Both the position numbers and the translations under genes were made by a program. Below, one piece after another: positions 8,040-15,800 of a DNA stretch of 47,986 nucleotides. Origin of the DNA: a virus; IMG/VR virus record IMGVR_UViG_3300048856_000013, positions 1-47,986 of that record. One strand, 5' to 3'. Position 1 is the stretch's first letter. Every line of letters begins with the position of its first letter. The notes below the pieces were generated by a model, which was given only the letters and a program-made list of their open reading frames with translations, searched no databases and was not told the origin of the DNA.

Positions 8040-8690
8040 ATGGTGCAGACAATCGTTGTGGCGAGCCAGAAAGGCGGAGTGGGCAAGACTACGCTCACCA
8101 GCCATCTGGCCGTTGAGGCCGAGCGGCAGGGCGTCTCGCCGGTCGCGGTCATCGACACCGATCCCCAGGCGGGCCTCTCTGGATGGTTCCGGGTGCGGCA
8201 GCCGGAGACGCCGGCTCTGGTGCAAGTGCTGCCGGAAGGCCTGAAGGCGACGCTGGACAAGCTGGCGGAGGGCGGCGTCCCCCTCTGCATCATCGACACG
8301 CCCCCGGCCATTACAGAGAGCATCGCCAGCACGGTCGCTCTGGCTGACCTAGTGCTAATCCCGGCACGTCCCTCGCCAAATGACCTTCGCGCCGTTGGCG
8401 CCACGGTGGACATCGTGGAAGAGGCGGGGCGCCCCATGGTGTTCGTGGTCAACCAGGCAATCGCTCGGTCCAAGATCAAGAGCGAGACCATCAAGGCGCT
8501 GAGCCAGCATGGGCCGCTGGCTCCTGTGGAGATCCACCACCGGATCGACTTCGCCACATCCATGACGGATGGCCGCACTGCCGGTGAGCTGGATCTGAAG
8601 TCCGCCAGCGCCGTCGAAATCACCGAACTCTGGACCTACATCGCAGACCGGCTCGCCCGGAGGAAACGCTATGGCATCGCCTCCCGCTAA
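8040..8690 (+). CDS. parA: ParA/Soj-type partition ATPase (small, type Ib-like)
   Basis: Deviant Walker A SQKGGVGKTT, VIDTDPQ, IIDTPP. GGAG 3 nt upstream of the ATG. Confidence 0.92.
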   Translation: MVQTIVVASQKGGVGKTTLTSHLAVEAERQGVSPVAVIDTDPQAGLSGWFRVRQPETPALVQVLPEGLKATLDKLAEGGVPLCIIDTPPAITESIASTVALADLVLIPARPSPNDLRAVGATVDIVEEAGRPMVFVVNQAIARSKIKSETIKALSQHGPLAPVEIHHRIDFATSMTDGRTAGELDLKSASAVEITELWTYIADRLARRKRYGIASR

Positions 8691-8922
8691 GATCGACGCA
8701 TCCCTTCTGGTCCGGAAGACGGACCTTCCGCCTACCGTGGCGCCGCCGAGGCCAGAAGCCCCGGTGACCCCTTCTGGCGCACCGGTCCGTGAAGGCCTGA
8801 CCATCCGCATCCTGGCGTCAGACAGCGAGCGGCTGCGAGCCCTTGCCTACAAGACCCGCCAGAAGAAGCAGGCCCTTCTGGACGAGGCAATCCGCCAGTA
8901 TCTCGACAAGATGGGCGTCTGA
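8671..8922 (+). CDS. Small ribbon-helix-helix centromere-binding protein (ParG/ParB-like)
   Basis: 83 aa, overlaps the parA end. C-terminal RHH-like LTIRILASDSERLRALAYKTRQKKQALLDEAIRQYL. Position is typical of a type Ib partner. Confidence 0.7.
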   Translation: MASPPAKIDASLLVRKTDLPPTVAPPRPEAPVTPSGAPVREGLTIRILASDSERLRALAYKTRQKKQALLDEAIRQYLDKMGV

Positions 8923-9003
8923 ACCAATGAACCATGGTTGGTTACAACCAACCATGTAACCATTCAACCAAGTAACCATGCATGGTTGTCTGGTTGTAAC
9001 TGA
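8923..9003. repeat. Centromere-like repeat array, right (parS-R candidate)
   Basis: 11 copies of the AACCA/TGGTT core by eye in 81 nt (GAACCATGGTTGGTTACAACCAACCATGTAACCATTCAACCAAGTAACCATGCATGGTTGTCTGGTTGTAAC). Confidence 0.75.
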
Positions 9004-9036
9004 TAAACCACTGAATTTACTGACTTGTCATCGGAA

Positions 9037-9067
9037 GCGCGGCCGGGAATGATTGTCCCCGCCGCGC
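9037..9067 (+). terminator. GC-rich hairpin downstream of the par operon (possible terminator, no T-run)
   Basis: GCGCGGCCGGG-aatgattgt-CCCCGCCGCGC: 10 of 11 positions pair. Confidence 0.25.
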
Positions 9068-9254
9068 AATTCCGCGTGGGGAAAAGAGAAAGGGGCCGCC
9101 CCAGCAGATCCGCCAGAACGACCCCTCACCGTAAAACGCCTATCCCGCCTGCCAGGGCGGAACGGAGCAACAACAGACCTCCAAGATAGGCCCCTGCGCT
9201 GAAAGCCGCAAGCTTGCGGATGGGAGAACTGCGTCCTGTTGGCGGCCCAGGAGC

Positions 9255-9809
9255 ATGGGCATGCCTGTCTCACCACGCCCGGCGCGTGCCGGGTCCGTGC
9301 ACGTTGCCGCCTGGCAGCGCCAGCGCCTCGGCGATGCCGATCGCCGCCGCATCATGGAAGCCGCGCGCCGCCTGGAGCGCCGCAGCCACCAGCCCGGAAT
9401 GCATGGGGGTGCCTTGCGTCGCACGGGCATCATCGTGCTCTGGACGCTGCTCTACCGCGGCCCGTCCCGCCATGGGGTCTGTGACCCCAGCATTGGACAA
9501 CTGGCGGAATGGACGGGGTGCGCCCGCTCCACCGTGCAGTTGGCCCTGCAGCGGATCGAGGCCGCCGGCATCATGGGCCACGTCCGCCGTGGCCTGACGG
9601 TTGCCGGCCGCTGGTGCCAGTGGACCTCGGCCTATCTCTTCGCCAACCCGGAGCAATGGGCTGTAAGCGATACCGAGGCTCGGTCAGCCGAAGTCTCTTC
9701 AGTGAAAAAGAAAGCTCAGGAAGGGAGAATGGGAGGGGAGGGGAGTGCCATGTCGGCGGCCGAGCGGGCGGCCTTGGCGGAGAAATGGGGCATCGCGCCG
9801 GCAGGTTAG
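9255..9809 (+). CDS. Winged-HTH protein resembling plasmid/ICE replication-initiator-like HTH proteins
   Basis: LWTLLYRG...GVCDPSIGQLAEWTGCARSTVQLALQRIEAAGIM...TSAYLF pattern. Located next to the par locus. True start uncertain. Confidence 0.55.
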   Translation: MGMPVSPRPARAGSVHVAAWQRQRLGDADRRRIMEAARRLERRSHQPGMHGGALRRTGIIVLWTLLYRGPSRHGVCDPSIGQLAEWTGCARSTVQLALQRIEAAGIMGHVRRGLTVAGRWCQWTSAYLFANPEQWAVSDTEARSAEVSSVKKKAQEGRMGGEGSAMSAAERAALAEKWGIAPAG

Positions 9810-9890
9810 GGGGTGCACATGATAATCGATGTTTATCGTGCGTCAGGCGGAGGCTTGTTCCTCATCCGTTCACGGTGATAGGCTGCGCGC

Positions 9891-9995
9891 ATGAGCCAGT
9901 CCCTCTCGAACGTGAAGCCCCTCCCGCCCCTGTCCGCCACCAAGCTGCTGGCATTCATCAAGGCCTTGGCCGCCAGCGCGAAGCCAATCAAATGA
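9891..9995 (+). CDS. 34-aa ORF not in the supplied track, coupled to the next gene
   Basis: ATG 9891 is the first start after in-frame TAG 9879-9881. Almost all codons end in G/C. TGA 9993-9995 overlaps ATG 9992 (ATGA). Confidence 0.45.
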   Translation: MSQSLSNVKPLPPLSATKLLAFIKALAASAKPIK

Positions 9996-10189
9996 CCGAC
10001 GCTGAGCGGGAGGATTTGCTCGGCACGATCCGGTACGCGCTGCGCTACAGCCTGGAGGGCAAGCCACTATCCAAGGGGATGAAGTGGCCGGACCCGGAGA
10101 TCGCAGCCGAGCGGGTGCTGGAGCACATCGAGCGCAGCCGGTGGCGCATTGAGCGGGACAAGCCGGTGGCGGCGCACTCGGCGGGCTGA
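9992..10189 (+). CDS. Hypothetical 65-aa protein
   Basis: C-terminal part of ORF 9509-10189, from ATG 9992 (MTDAEREDLLGTIRYALRYSLEGKPL...). Confidence 0.6.
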   Translation: MTDAEREDLLGTIRYALRYSLEGKPLSKGMKWPDPEIAAERVLEHIERSRWRIERDKPVAAHSAG

Positions 10190-10236
10190 CGCAGAGAGCT
10201 GTCGGCCCTTCTTACAAAGTCACCCGCCGCGCAAAT

Positions 10237-10245
10237 TTATCCACA
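10237..10245 (+). promoter_or_regulatory. Perfect DnaA-box consensus TTATCCACA
   Basis: Exact 9-mer in an intergenic region next to the rep/par block; AT-rich 9-mer in a GC-rich genome. Confidence 0.35.
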
Positions 10246-10281
10246 GCCGGCCCGTTGTTTCGGAACGGAAACCGGCTGTGG
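10241..10281 (+). other. Nested hairpin CCACAGCCGG-c-CCGTT-gtttcgg-AACGG-aaa-CCGGCTGTGG
   Basis: Perfect 10-bp outer stem plus 5-bp inner stem. Lies between gene 9992-10189 and the PEP-CTERM gene. No T-run follows. Confidence 0.4.
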
Positions 10282-10330
10282 CACGCCTCATGCTGCCGTG
10301 GATTGCCCCCCATGACAGCAGGAGACGAAG

Positions 10331-10954
10331 ATGAAGTGGTTACGCCCCCTCATTATAGCAACGGCCGCGCTCGCTGCCACGGTCACAACGGCGTCTGCGG
10401 ATGTGATTTATACCTTCACGCAGACCGGCCCCCTGAACAGCCGCAGCTTCAACTTCAGTGCCCGGTTGGTCCTGACCGATGAAGCGGAGAATGGGTTTGA
10501 CCTCAACCTGCGGGTCAATCCCAGCGACGGCAGCCCTACGTCCTACACGGCCACCAACGTTCTGGACTTCAGCGTGGCGTTCAGCTCCATCATCCAGGCC
10601 CCGCTCACCTGGGATATCGCGGATCTGCTGGCGATGGATGCCCCAGGCCGGTCGAACGCGGCCCGGCATGGGATCAGCCTGAGTGGCGACGGTGCGGGGG
10701 TGAATGGCTTGCTGGGCCTGGACGACATGAGCAACACGCTTCGGCTGACCGTGGAGGGGCTGAGCTTCAGCGGCTGGTTCGCTTCGGACGACGGATACCG
10801 CTTCGGGTGCCAGATGGCTCCCTGCCAGATTGCGGGTGTGATCGAGAAGACCATCGTCACGGCAACTGATGTCCCTGAGCCCGCTTCGTTGGCGATGTTC
10901 GGCGTGGGTCTAGCAGGGCTGGGGCTAGTCCGGCGCCGGCGCGGCAACACCTAG
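10331..10954 (+). CDS. Secreted PEP-CTERM sorting-domain protein (moron)
   Basis: AGGAGA RBS. Signal peptide MKWLRPLIIATAALAATVTTASA. C-terminus DVPEPASLAMFGVGLAGLGLVRRRRGNT. Confidence 0.85.
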   Translation: MKWLRPLIIATAALAATVTTASADVIYTFTQTGPLNSRSFNFSARLVLTDEAENGFDLNLRVNPSDGSPTSYTATNVLDFSVAFSSIIQAPLTWDIADLLAMDAPGRSNAARHGISLSGDGAGVNGLLGLDDMSNTLRLTVEGLSFSGWFASDDGYRFGCQMAPCQIAGVIEKTIVTATDVPEPASLAMFGVGLAGLGLVRRRRGNT

Positions 10955-11805
10955 GCCGCCGACTTCGCCGCATTGAACCGCGCCAGCCTGTCCTGCAGCC
11001 CGTTCAGCCCGCCGTTGATGATCCGCGTGCAGGTGGACACGTCGCCGAGGTAGGCTGGCTGGATCAGGCCGCGGGTGCGCCAGAACCACAGCGCCGAGGC
11101 GACGGCACCAGACGGGGTGCGGACGTAATCCGCCGCACCCTCCGCGCTGACGCCAAGACTGTCTCCGAATGCCGTGTAGTTGCTCCGGCCGGTCAACTGG
11201 ATGAGCCCGCCGCCCCGGAACCGCCAGCCGTCACCGGGCTCGGTGTTCCCTAGCTTCGCCCTCCCCCAGGCGCCGCCATAGACCACATTGGCGATGGCCT
11301 CCTGGTCGGCTGGATGATCGGCGGTGCGGCCGATCCGCTGGGCCTCGGCCTGAGTGATGCGGTGAGAGCCGAAGGCCTGCACCAGAGCCTCGGCGCGGTA
11401 GTTCAGGTTCTCCGTGATGGAGGCGAACCCGCCGCTCTCATGCGCGAGCTGCGCCACCAGCATGCAGACCCCGTTGCGGCTGGTGATGCTGTTCACCGGA
11501 TCGCCATCGACCATGACCGCGGCGTCGAGCAAGGGCGCGTAGGCAGCCGCGAGCACGGGGCTGGCCCCAACCGCCCTCAGCAGTGCCGGCGTGATACGGG
11601 TCCGCGCCACGGGCGCCTCCACAGGGATTGGATTGAGGTTCGCTAGGGCGGGAGGAACCTCCCCCACCCCGTAGACGGGCACCACCTGTGCGGGGTGATA
11701 GACCCCGGGCACGGGCGCCAGAACGCTCGGCGCTTGGGCGGTGCTGGCGGCCGGAGCCTCCCGCCCCAAGCCCAGGAAAGCGAACAGGCGAGAGAGCAGC
11801 GTCAT
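10951..11805 (-). CDS. GH19 (chitinase-like) endolysin with hydrophobic N-terminal signal/anchor
   Basis: Start refined to ATG 11805 (ATGA overlap). LVAQLAHESGGF, NLNYRAEAL, FRGGGLIQLTGRSNY. N-terminus MTLLSRLFAFLGLG. Confidence 0.88.
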   Translation of the reverse strand: MTLLSRLFAFLGLGREAPAASTAQAPSVLAPVPGVYHPAQVVPVYGVGEVPPALANLNPIPVEAPVARTRITPALLRAVGASPVLAAAYAPLLDAAVMVDGDPVNSITSRNGVCMLVAQLAHESGGFASITENLNYRAEALVQAFGSHRITQAEAQRIGRTADHPADQEAIANVVYGGAWGRAKLGNTEPGDGWRFRGGGLIQLTGRSNYTAFGDSLGVSAEGAADYVRTPSGAVASALWFWRTRGLIQPAYLGDVSTCTRIINGGLNGLQDRLARFNAAKSAA

Positions 11806-12191
11806 TTCTGCACCACCACCGCCGGCGCCTCGGCCGCCTTGGCCTGCACGACCCATTGATCCCAGGCCGCGTGCGCCATGGTGGTCAGTACTTCCCGGCT
11901 CGGGCCGAGCTTCGCAACCGTGTCGGGGATAGAGGTGAGCACGTAGGTCACGACCGCCTGAATGGCGGCACCCGGGCTCTGGATCTTGCCCACCTCATAG
12001 TCCTTGTAGGCGGCCACCGCGCCACGGGTCAGGGCGCCGAGCAGAAGCGCCATGTCCTTCGAGTGGACGCTGGCCTGAAGTGCATCGCGCACCGGTCCAG
12101 GCAGCTTGGTCACGATCCAGCCGCCCACGGCGAGCAGCACCGGCAGCGCCAGATGCTCAACGAGCACCGGCGCGAAAACGGTCCAGTCCAT
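11802..12191 (-). CDS. Membrane protein, holin/antiholin candidate
   Basis: N-terminal TM (LALPVLLAVGGWIVT) plus further hydrophobic segments; directly upstream of the endolysin. Confidence 0.6.
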   Translation of the reverse strand: MDWTVFAPVLVEHLALPVLLAVGGWIVTKLPGPVRDALQASVHSKDMALLLGALTRGAVAAYKDYEVGKIQSPGAAIQAVVTYVLTSIPDTVAKLGPSREVLTTMAHAAWDQWVVQAKAAEAPAVVVQK

Positions 12192-12238
12192 GTGGAACCT
12201 CAGATTGTCATGGATGCCGGGATGCGCCCCGGCGGCGG

Positions 12239-12751
12239 TCAGTCGGGCCGCTTGCCCGCGCGGGAGTAGAGCGGCGGGATGGGCGGGATGCCGGGCGGGA
12301 CATCTGCGTCAATCTTCCCGGCCGAGTAGGCTTGCTGGATCTGATTGTTGGCATCGTGGCGCATGGCGTGGAGAGCGTCGTCACACTCACGGGCCAAGTT
12401 CCAGCCCCGATCGCGATCAAGGCGGGTGCCTTCGTGCTCACGCCGCTCCCGGTCCAGATCCTCAGTCCATCGCCGCTTAGCGTCCGCGTAACGACGATCC
12501 GCTGCATCCAGCGCGTCACTCAGGCGGGTGATCTCCTTGTCCCGCGCTGTGTCCAGAGCCGTGAAGCCGGAAGTCAGACGCCCCTGGCGTTCCTTCTCCC
12601 TCTTGGCTTGGTCTTCTGCTTCTTCCCGGCGGTCCTTCTTCCACTCGCGATATGCACGCCAGACGAAAAGAAGGACGCCGACCATTCCCGTGCCGGCGCC
12701 GCCAAGCAGAGCTTGCGCGGCCGGGGGGAGGTCCGCGAGCGAAATATCCAT
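12239..12751 (-). CDS. i-spanin-like protein (N-terminal TM + charged coiled-coil)
   Basis: Start refined to ATG 12751 (TAATG overlap). TM GGAGTGMVGVLLFVW followed by an R/E/D/K-rich helix. Confidence 0.55.
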   Translation of the reverse strand: MDISLADLPPAAQALLGGAGTGMVGVLLFVWRAYREWKKDRREEAEDQAKREKERQGRLTSGFTALDTARDKEITRLSDALDAADRRYADAKRRWTEDLDRERREHEGTRLDRDRGWNLARECDDALHAMRHDANNQIQQAYSAGKIDADVPPGIPPIPPLYSRAGKRPD

Positions 12752-13197
12752 TAGCGGCGGTCCCGAAACAGCACATGGGCGACGATGTACATGTTCATTC
12801 CAGCAGCCATGCCGTACATGGCCTGGAAGCGGCTGACGCCGATGGTGATGCCCACGGCATAGACGAGGACCAAGTACCAACTCAGCAACGCGCCGGCCGC
12901 AGCCAGCCGCATCCATTTGGTGGGCTGCACGAACGGGTGCCGCAGGTCGTGCGGGTCATCTAGGCGTACAGCCAGCAGCTGCAGGACGGCAAACATGCCG
13001 ACCACCGCCAACCACGTCAGCTCCGGTAGCACATCAATCAGGAGAGACGTGCTCGGCACCGCGCGCGGATTGCCGTAGTTGTAGAGGTCGATGAAGACCA
13101 TCCCGAGCGTGCCGCAACTCACGAAGACTTCCAGCAGATAAGCGGTGTGCGCGACAAGCTGACGCAACCAACTGCTGATACGTCGGATGGCACTCAT
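12751..13197 (-). CDS. Four-TM membrane protein, holin candidate
   Basis: Four hydrophobic segments by eye; first gene of the lysis block. Confidence 0.6.
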   Translation of the reverse strand: MSAIRRISSWLRQLVAHTAYLLEVFVSCGTLGMVFIDLYNYGNPRAVPSTSLLIDVLPELTWLAVVGMFAVLQLLAVRLDDPHDLRHPFVQPTKWMRLAAAGALLSWYLVLVYAVGITIGVSRFQAMYGMAAGMNMYIVAHVLFRDRR

Positions 13198-15800
13198 GCC
13201 GCCCTCGTTTCACCGAACCGGACGATGCTGAAGAAGGGCTCGCGCTGAAAATCGGACGCGCGCGTGTAGGTCTTCTCAGGCGGCATCTGCTGGAGCTTGG
13301 CCCAGGCCGCAGCCGCCTGGGTTGTGTCGCGTCCGTTGTCCTGCAGGAGATCATAAAGCTGCGCGATGGTGGCGCAGGCTCGAAGCTGGTAATCAACCTC
13401 AGTATCCACGACGACATTGGCGAAGTTGTCGCCGTAGCTGTTCATGTAGCCGGTGGTGCCCAGGGCTGCGTAAGTCTTGTTGTAGGTGCCATCCGTGAAG
13501 GGATCATTCATGACATCGTGGGTGCCGAACTTCAGGTTGTACTGCGTGGCATCCGAACCAAACCATCCGGCCTGGTTCTGGAGGATGCGGGCCACGAAGT
13601 TCCCCGTCCATTCAGCGACATTGAGAGCGTTCGCGTAGCCTAGCCGCGCTGCCTGCGTGTACATGGCGGACCGCATCATGACCTGCCATGGCGCGCCAAC
13701 ACCGTTATTGTCGCCATAGATCCACTGGATCGGCATGCCCGTAAGCTGGCCTTGGATGGTGTCCAGAAGAGGCTTGAAGCTCCACGTCCGCTTGAAGTCG
13801 GCTTCGGCCACCAGGATGAAGTAGTCCCCGTGCGGCTGCTGCGATGCCGGGGCCAATCGGCCGGCGCGGTAGATCTGCCGACCGCCCCATGCGCCGGTAC
13901 GGATTTGCACGCCACGCGCGAAGAGGACACCCTCGCCGTCGTTGATGACCGCAGCACGGCGCGCCGCCTGCCCCTCTGGAGTGTCGGCATCACTGACCGA
14001 GAAATCGTGCGTGATGTCGCCGCGCTCGTAGCCGCCTGGGTTCTTCTCCATGACGGTGTAAGCGGCCGCAGCCATAACGCCGTCGAGGAAGATCCTGCGG
14101 CCGGTCAGCAGGTATGGGATGCTATGGTGGTCGCCCCAGTGGCCAGCGTCGATTTGCCACCCCTGCTCATAGCTACCTTCGGTGAAGTAATCCGAGTTCC
14201 GGACGAAGTCTGCATCGTTGGTGGTGGTGCGGCTCCATGGCCGATAGATCGGCGTCGGCCACGAACCGTGCTCATGGTCGTAGCAGTAGAGGGGCGCATT
14301 GAAGTAGGCCAGGGCCTGGCCGATAGCATACTGCTGGGCAACCTTATGGCCCGTGGTCAGCCACGACGCGTTGACCTTCGTGGTTTCGCCGATGTCAGGG
14401 CGGGCACCAGCCGGCCCCTGATCCTTCTTGATGCCGCGCACGTAGTAGGGCGCATTCCGGTAGTTGGCCCAATCCGCGGATGCCATTTCACTGGCCCAGC
14501 CGGCCACGAGCGCCGGGTCGATGCCAAGGGCCGTGTCCTGATTGGCAGCGAAGCCTGTCTTGGCGATGTAGGAGACTGGCGGCGTCATCCAGACGGGCTG
14601 CGCCACCTGAGCGCCATTGGCCTTCCAGCGCGCGAACAGCGGCTCTCCAGTGTAAAGGGGCTGCTTCGTGATGGTCTGCGTTACGGTCAACCCGGCGTCG
14701 CCAATAATCTTGAGCGTGTATGCCGTGTCGCCCTGGGTCGCATTCCATGCCTTGCGGTTCCAGACCATCACGTCGGCCGCAATGGAGGCGTCCGTATAGA
14801 CGGTCAGGTCCACCTGAAGCGTCAGGTCTGCGCCCCCGCCGCCGGCCGCGCGGGGCACCTCGACCGTGTATCGGGCCTGCGCCGCCAGAGGTCCATTCCA
14901 CCAGCGGTTCGCCGGCAGGTTGGCCACAAGGTCATAGGTGAAGACGGTCGTCCCGTTGCTGATCTCCACACGCGCCGTGCGGCCGGACAGAGCGGTCGCC
15001 ATGTTGATGGGCGTGGTGGAGCCCGGCGTGGCCTTGCAGATGGTGGCGTTGTTCAGCGCGCCGTCTGCCAGACCGGGGGCAGAGAAGTGGACGGCGGCAT
15101 GGCTGACGGAGCCATCGGCCCAGGGATAGCCGGTGATATCCATCTGCGTCGGGATGGTCGTGCCATCCGCGAGCTTGATGACAACGGTTTCGGAGGGGGT
15201 GATGTGCCCCTGCTGGAAGGCCTGCGCGAAGCTGTGGACCGTGTTCGCCGCGGCGCCGGTACCAGTCATCTGCGCCGTGGTGATGGTAGCTCCCGCGGCC
15301 GGCGGCGGGTCCACCACCACAGCTGTGAAGGTGAGCGCAAAGCTGACCGTCCGCGGGCTGTTGGTGGCACCAGCCAGGGTGTCGGTGACGGTGTACGAGG
15401 TCGTGCCGGCGGTGGCCGCCGTCCCGCCCCGGACCAGCGCCGTCTTCGCGCCGTTGAACACCACCCGCCCGTCGTTAGGCGTGACGGTACGCGTGGCACC
15501 TGCCGGCACTGCGGAGAGCGTCGTCAGCACCGTGCCAGCGGCAACGTCGGTCTGCACGGAGGCCGAGGAAGGCGTGGCGGTAATGGAAGGCAGCGTCACA
15601 ACCGGATCAGGGGAGCCGCCGGTATCCACCAGCGACAGTTCTTCCAGCAGAGCCTGGCAGATCGCTCGCACCTCATCACGCGCAGCCTTCACGATGGCGG
15701 TTGGCGTGGTCGATGCGGCAGAGCCTGACTGCCGCCCCAGTGGGATGACATCAGTAGCCAGCAGCGTGGTGATGCTGGCGGGAAGAGGAATTTTGGCCAT
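13194..15800 (-). CDS. Large tail spike/fibre protein with possible polysaccharide-degrading C-terminal domain
   Basis: Start refined to ATG 15800 (TAATG overlap). N-terminal Thr/Ala-rich beta-type repeats, then a 500+ aa W/H/Y-rich globular region. The enzymatic assignment is a guess. Confidence 0.65.
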   Translation of the reverse strand: MAKIPLPASITTLLATDVIPLGRQSGSAASTTPTAIVKAARDEVRAICQALLEELSLVDTGGSPDPVVTLPSITATPSSASVQTDVAAGTVLTTLSAVPAGATRTVTPNDGRVVFNGAKTALVRGGTAATAGTTSYTVTDTLAGATNSPRTVSFALTFTAVVVDPPPAAGATITTAQMTGTGAAANTVHSFAQAFQQGHITPSETVVIKLADGTTIPTQMDITGYPWADGSVSHAAVHFSAPGLADGALNNATICKATPGSTTPINMATALSGRTARVEISNGTTVFTYDLVANLPANRWWNGPLAAQARYTVEVPRAAGGGGADLTLQVDLTVYTDASIAADVMVWNRKAWNATQGDTAYTLKIIGDAGLTVTQTITKQPLYTGEPLFARWKANGAQVAQPVWMTPPVSYIAKTGFAANQDTALGIDPALVAGWASEMASADWANYRNAPYYVRGIKKDQGPAGARPDIGETTKVNASWLTTGHKVAQQYAIGQALAYFNAPLYCYDHEHGSWPTPIYRPWSRTTTNDADFVRNSDYFTEGSYEQGWQIDAGHWGDHHSIPYLLTGRRIFLDGVMAAAAYTVMEKNPGGYERGDITHDFSVSDADTPEGQAARRAAVINDGEGVLFARGVQIRTGAWGGRQIYRAGRLAPASQQPHGDYFILVAEADFKRTWSFKPLLDTIQGQLTGMPIQWIYGDNNGVGAPWQVMMRSAMYTQAARLGYANALNVAEWTGNFVARILQNQAGWFGSDATQYNLKFGTHDVMNDPFTDGTYNKTYAALGTTGYMNSYGDNFANVVVDTEVDYQLRACATIAQLYDLLQDNGRDTTQAAAAWAKLQQMPPEKTYTRASDFQREPFFSIVRFGETRAA

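Noticed and set aside
9509-9991. N-terminal 161 aa of ORF 9509-10189 overlapping the rep-like gene
   Set aside because: It is out of frame with the Rep-like wHTH ORF and has a shadow-like composition. The 9891-9995 and 9992-10189 small ORFs explain the coding signal better.
12208-12519. Embedded/overlapping ORF in the i-spanin-like gene as an o-spanin (Rz1-type) candidate
   Set aside because: It has no lipobox (only LSTPC, with Pro at -1) and no signal peptide immediately before a Cys. It is more likely a chance GC-rich ORF.
13752-15728. 658-aa plus-strand ORF antisense to the 868-aa spike gene
   Set aside because: Arg/Gly/Pro-rich low-complexity translation typical of shadow ORFs in GC-rich DNA. 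It has no RBS or operon context, and the minus-strand frame has a coherent protein-like sequence and coupled junctions.
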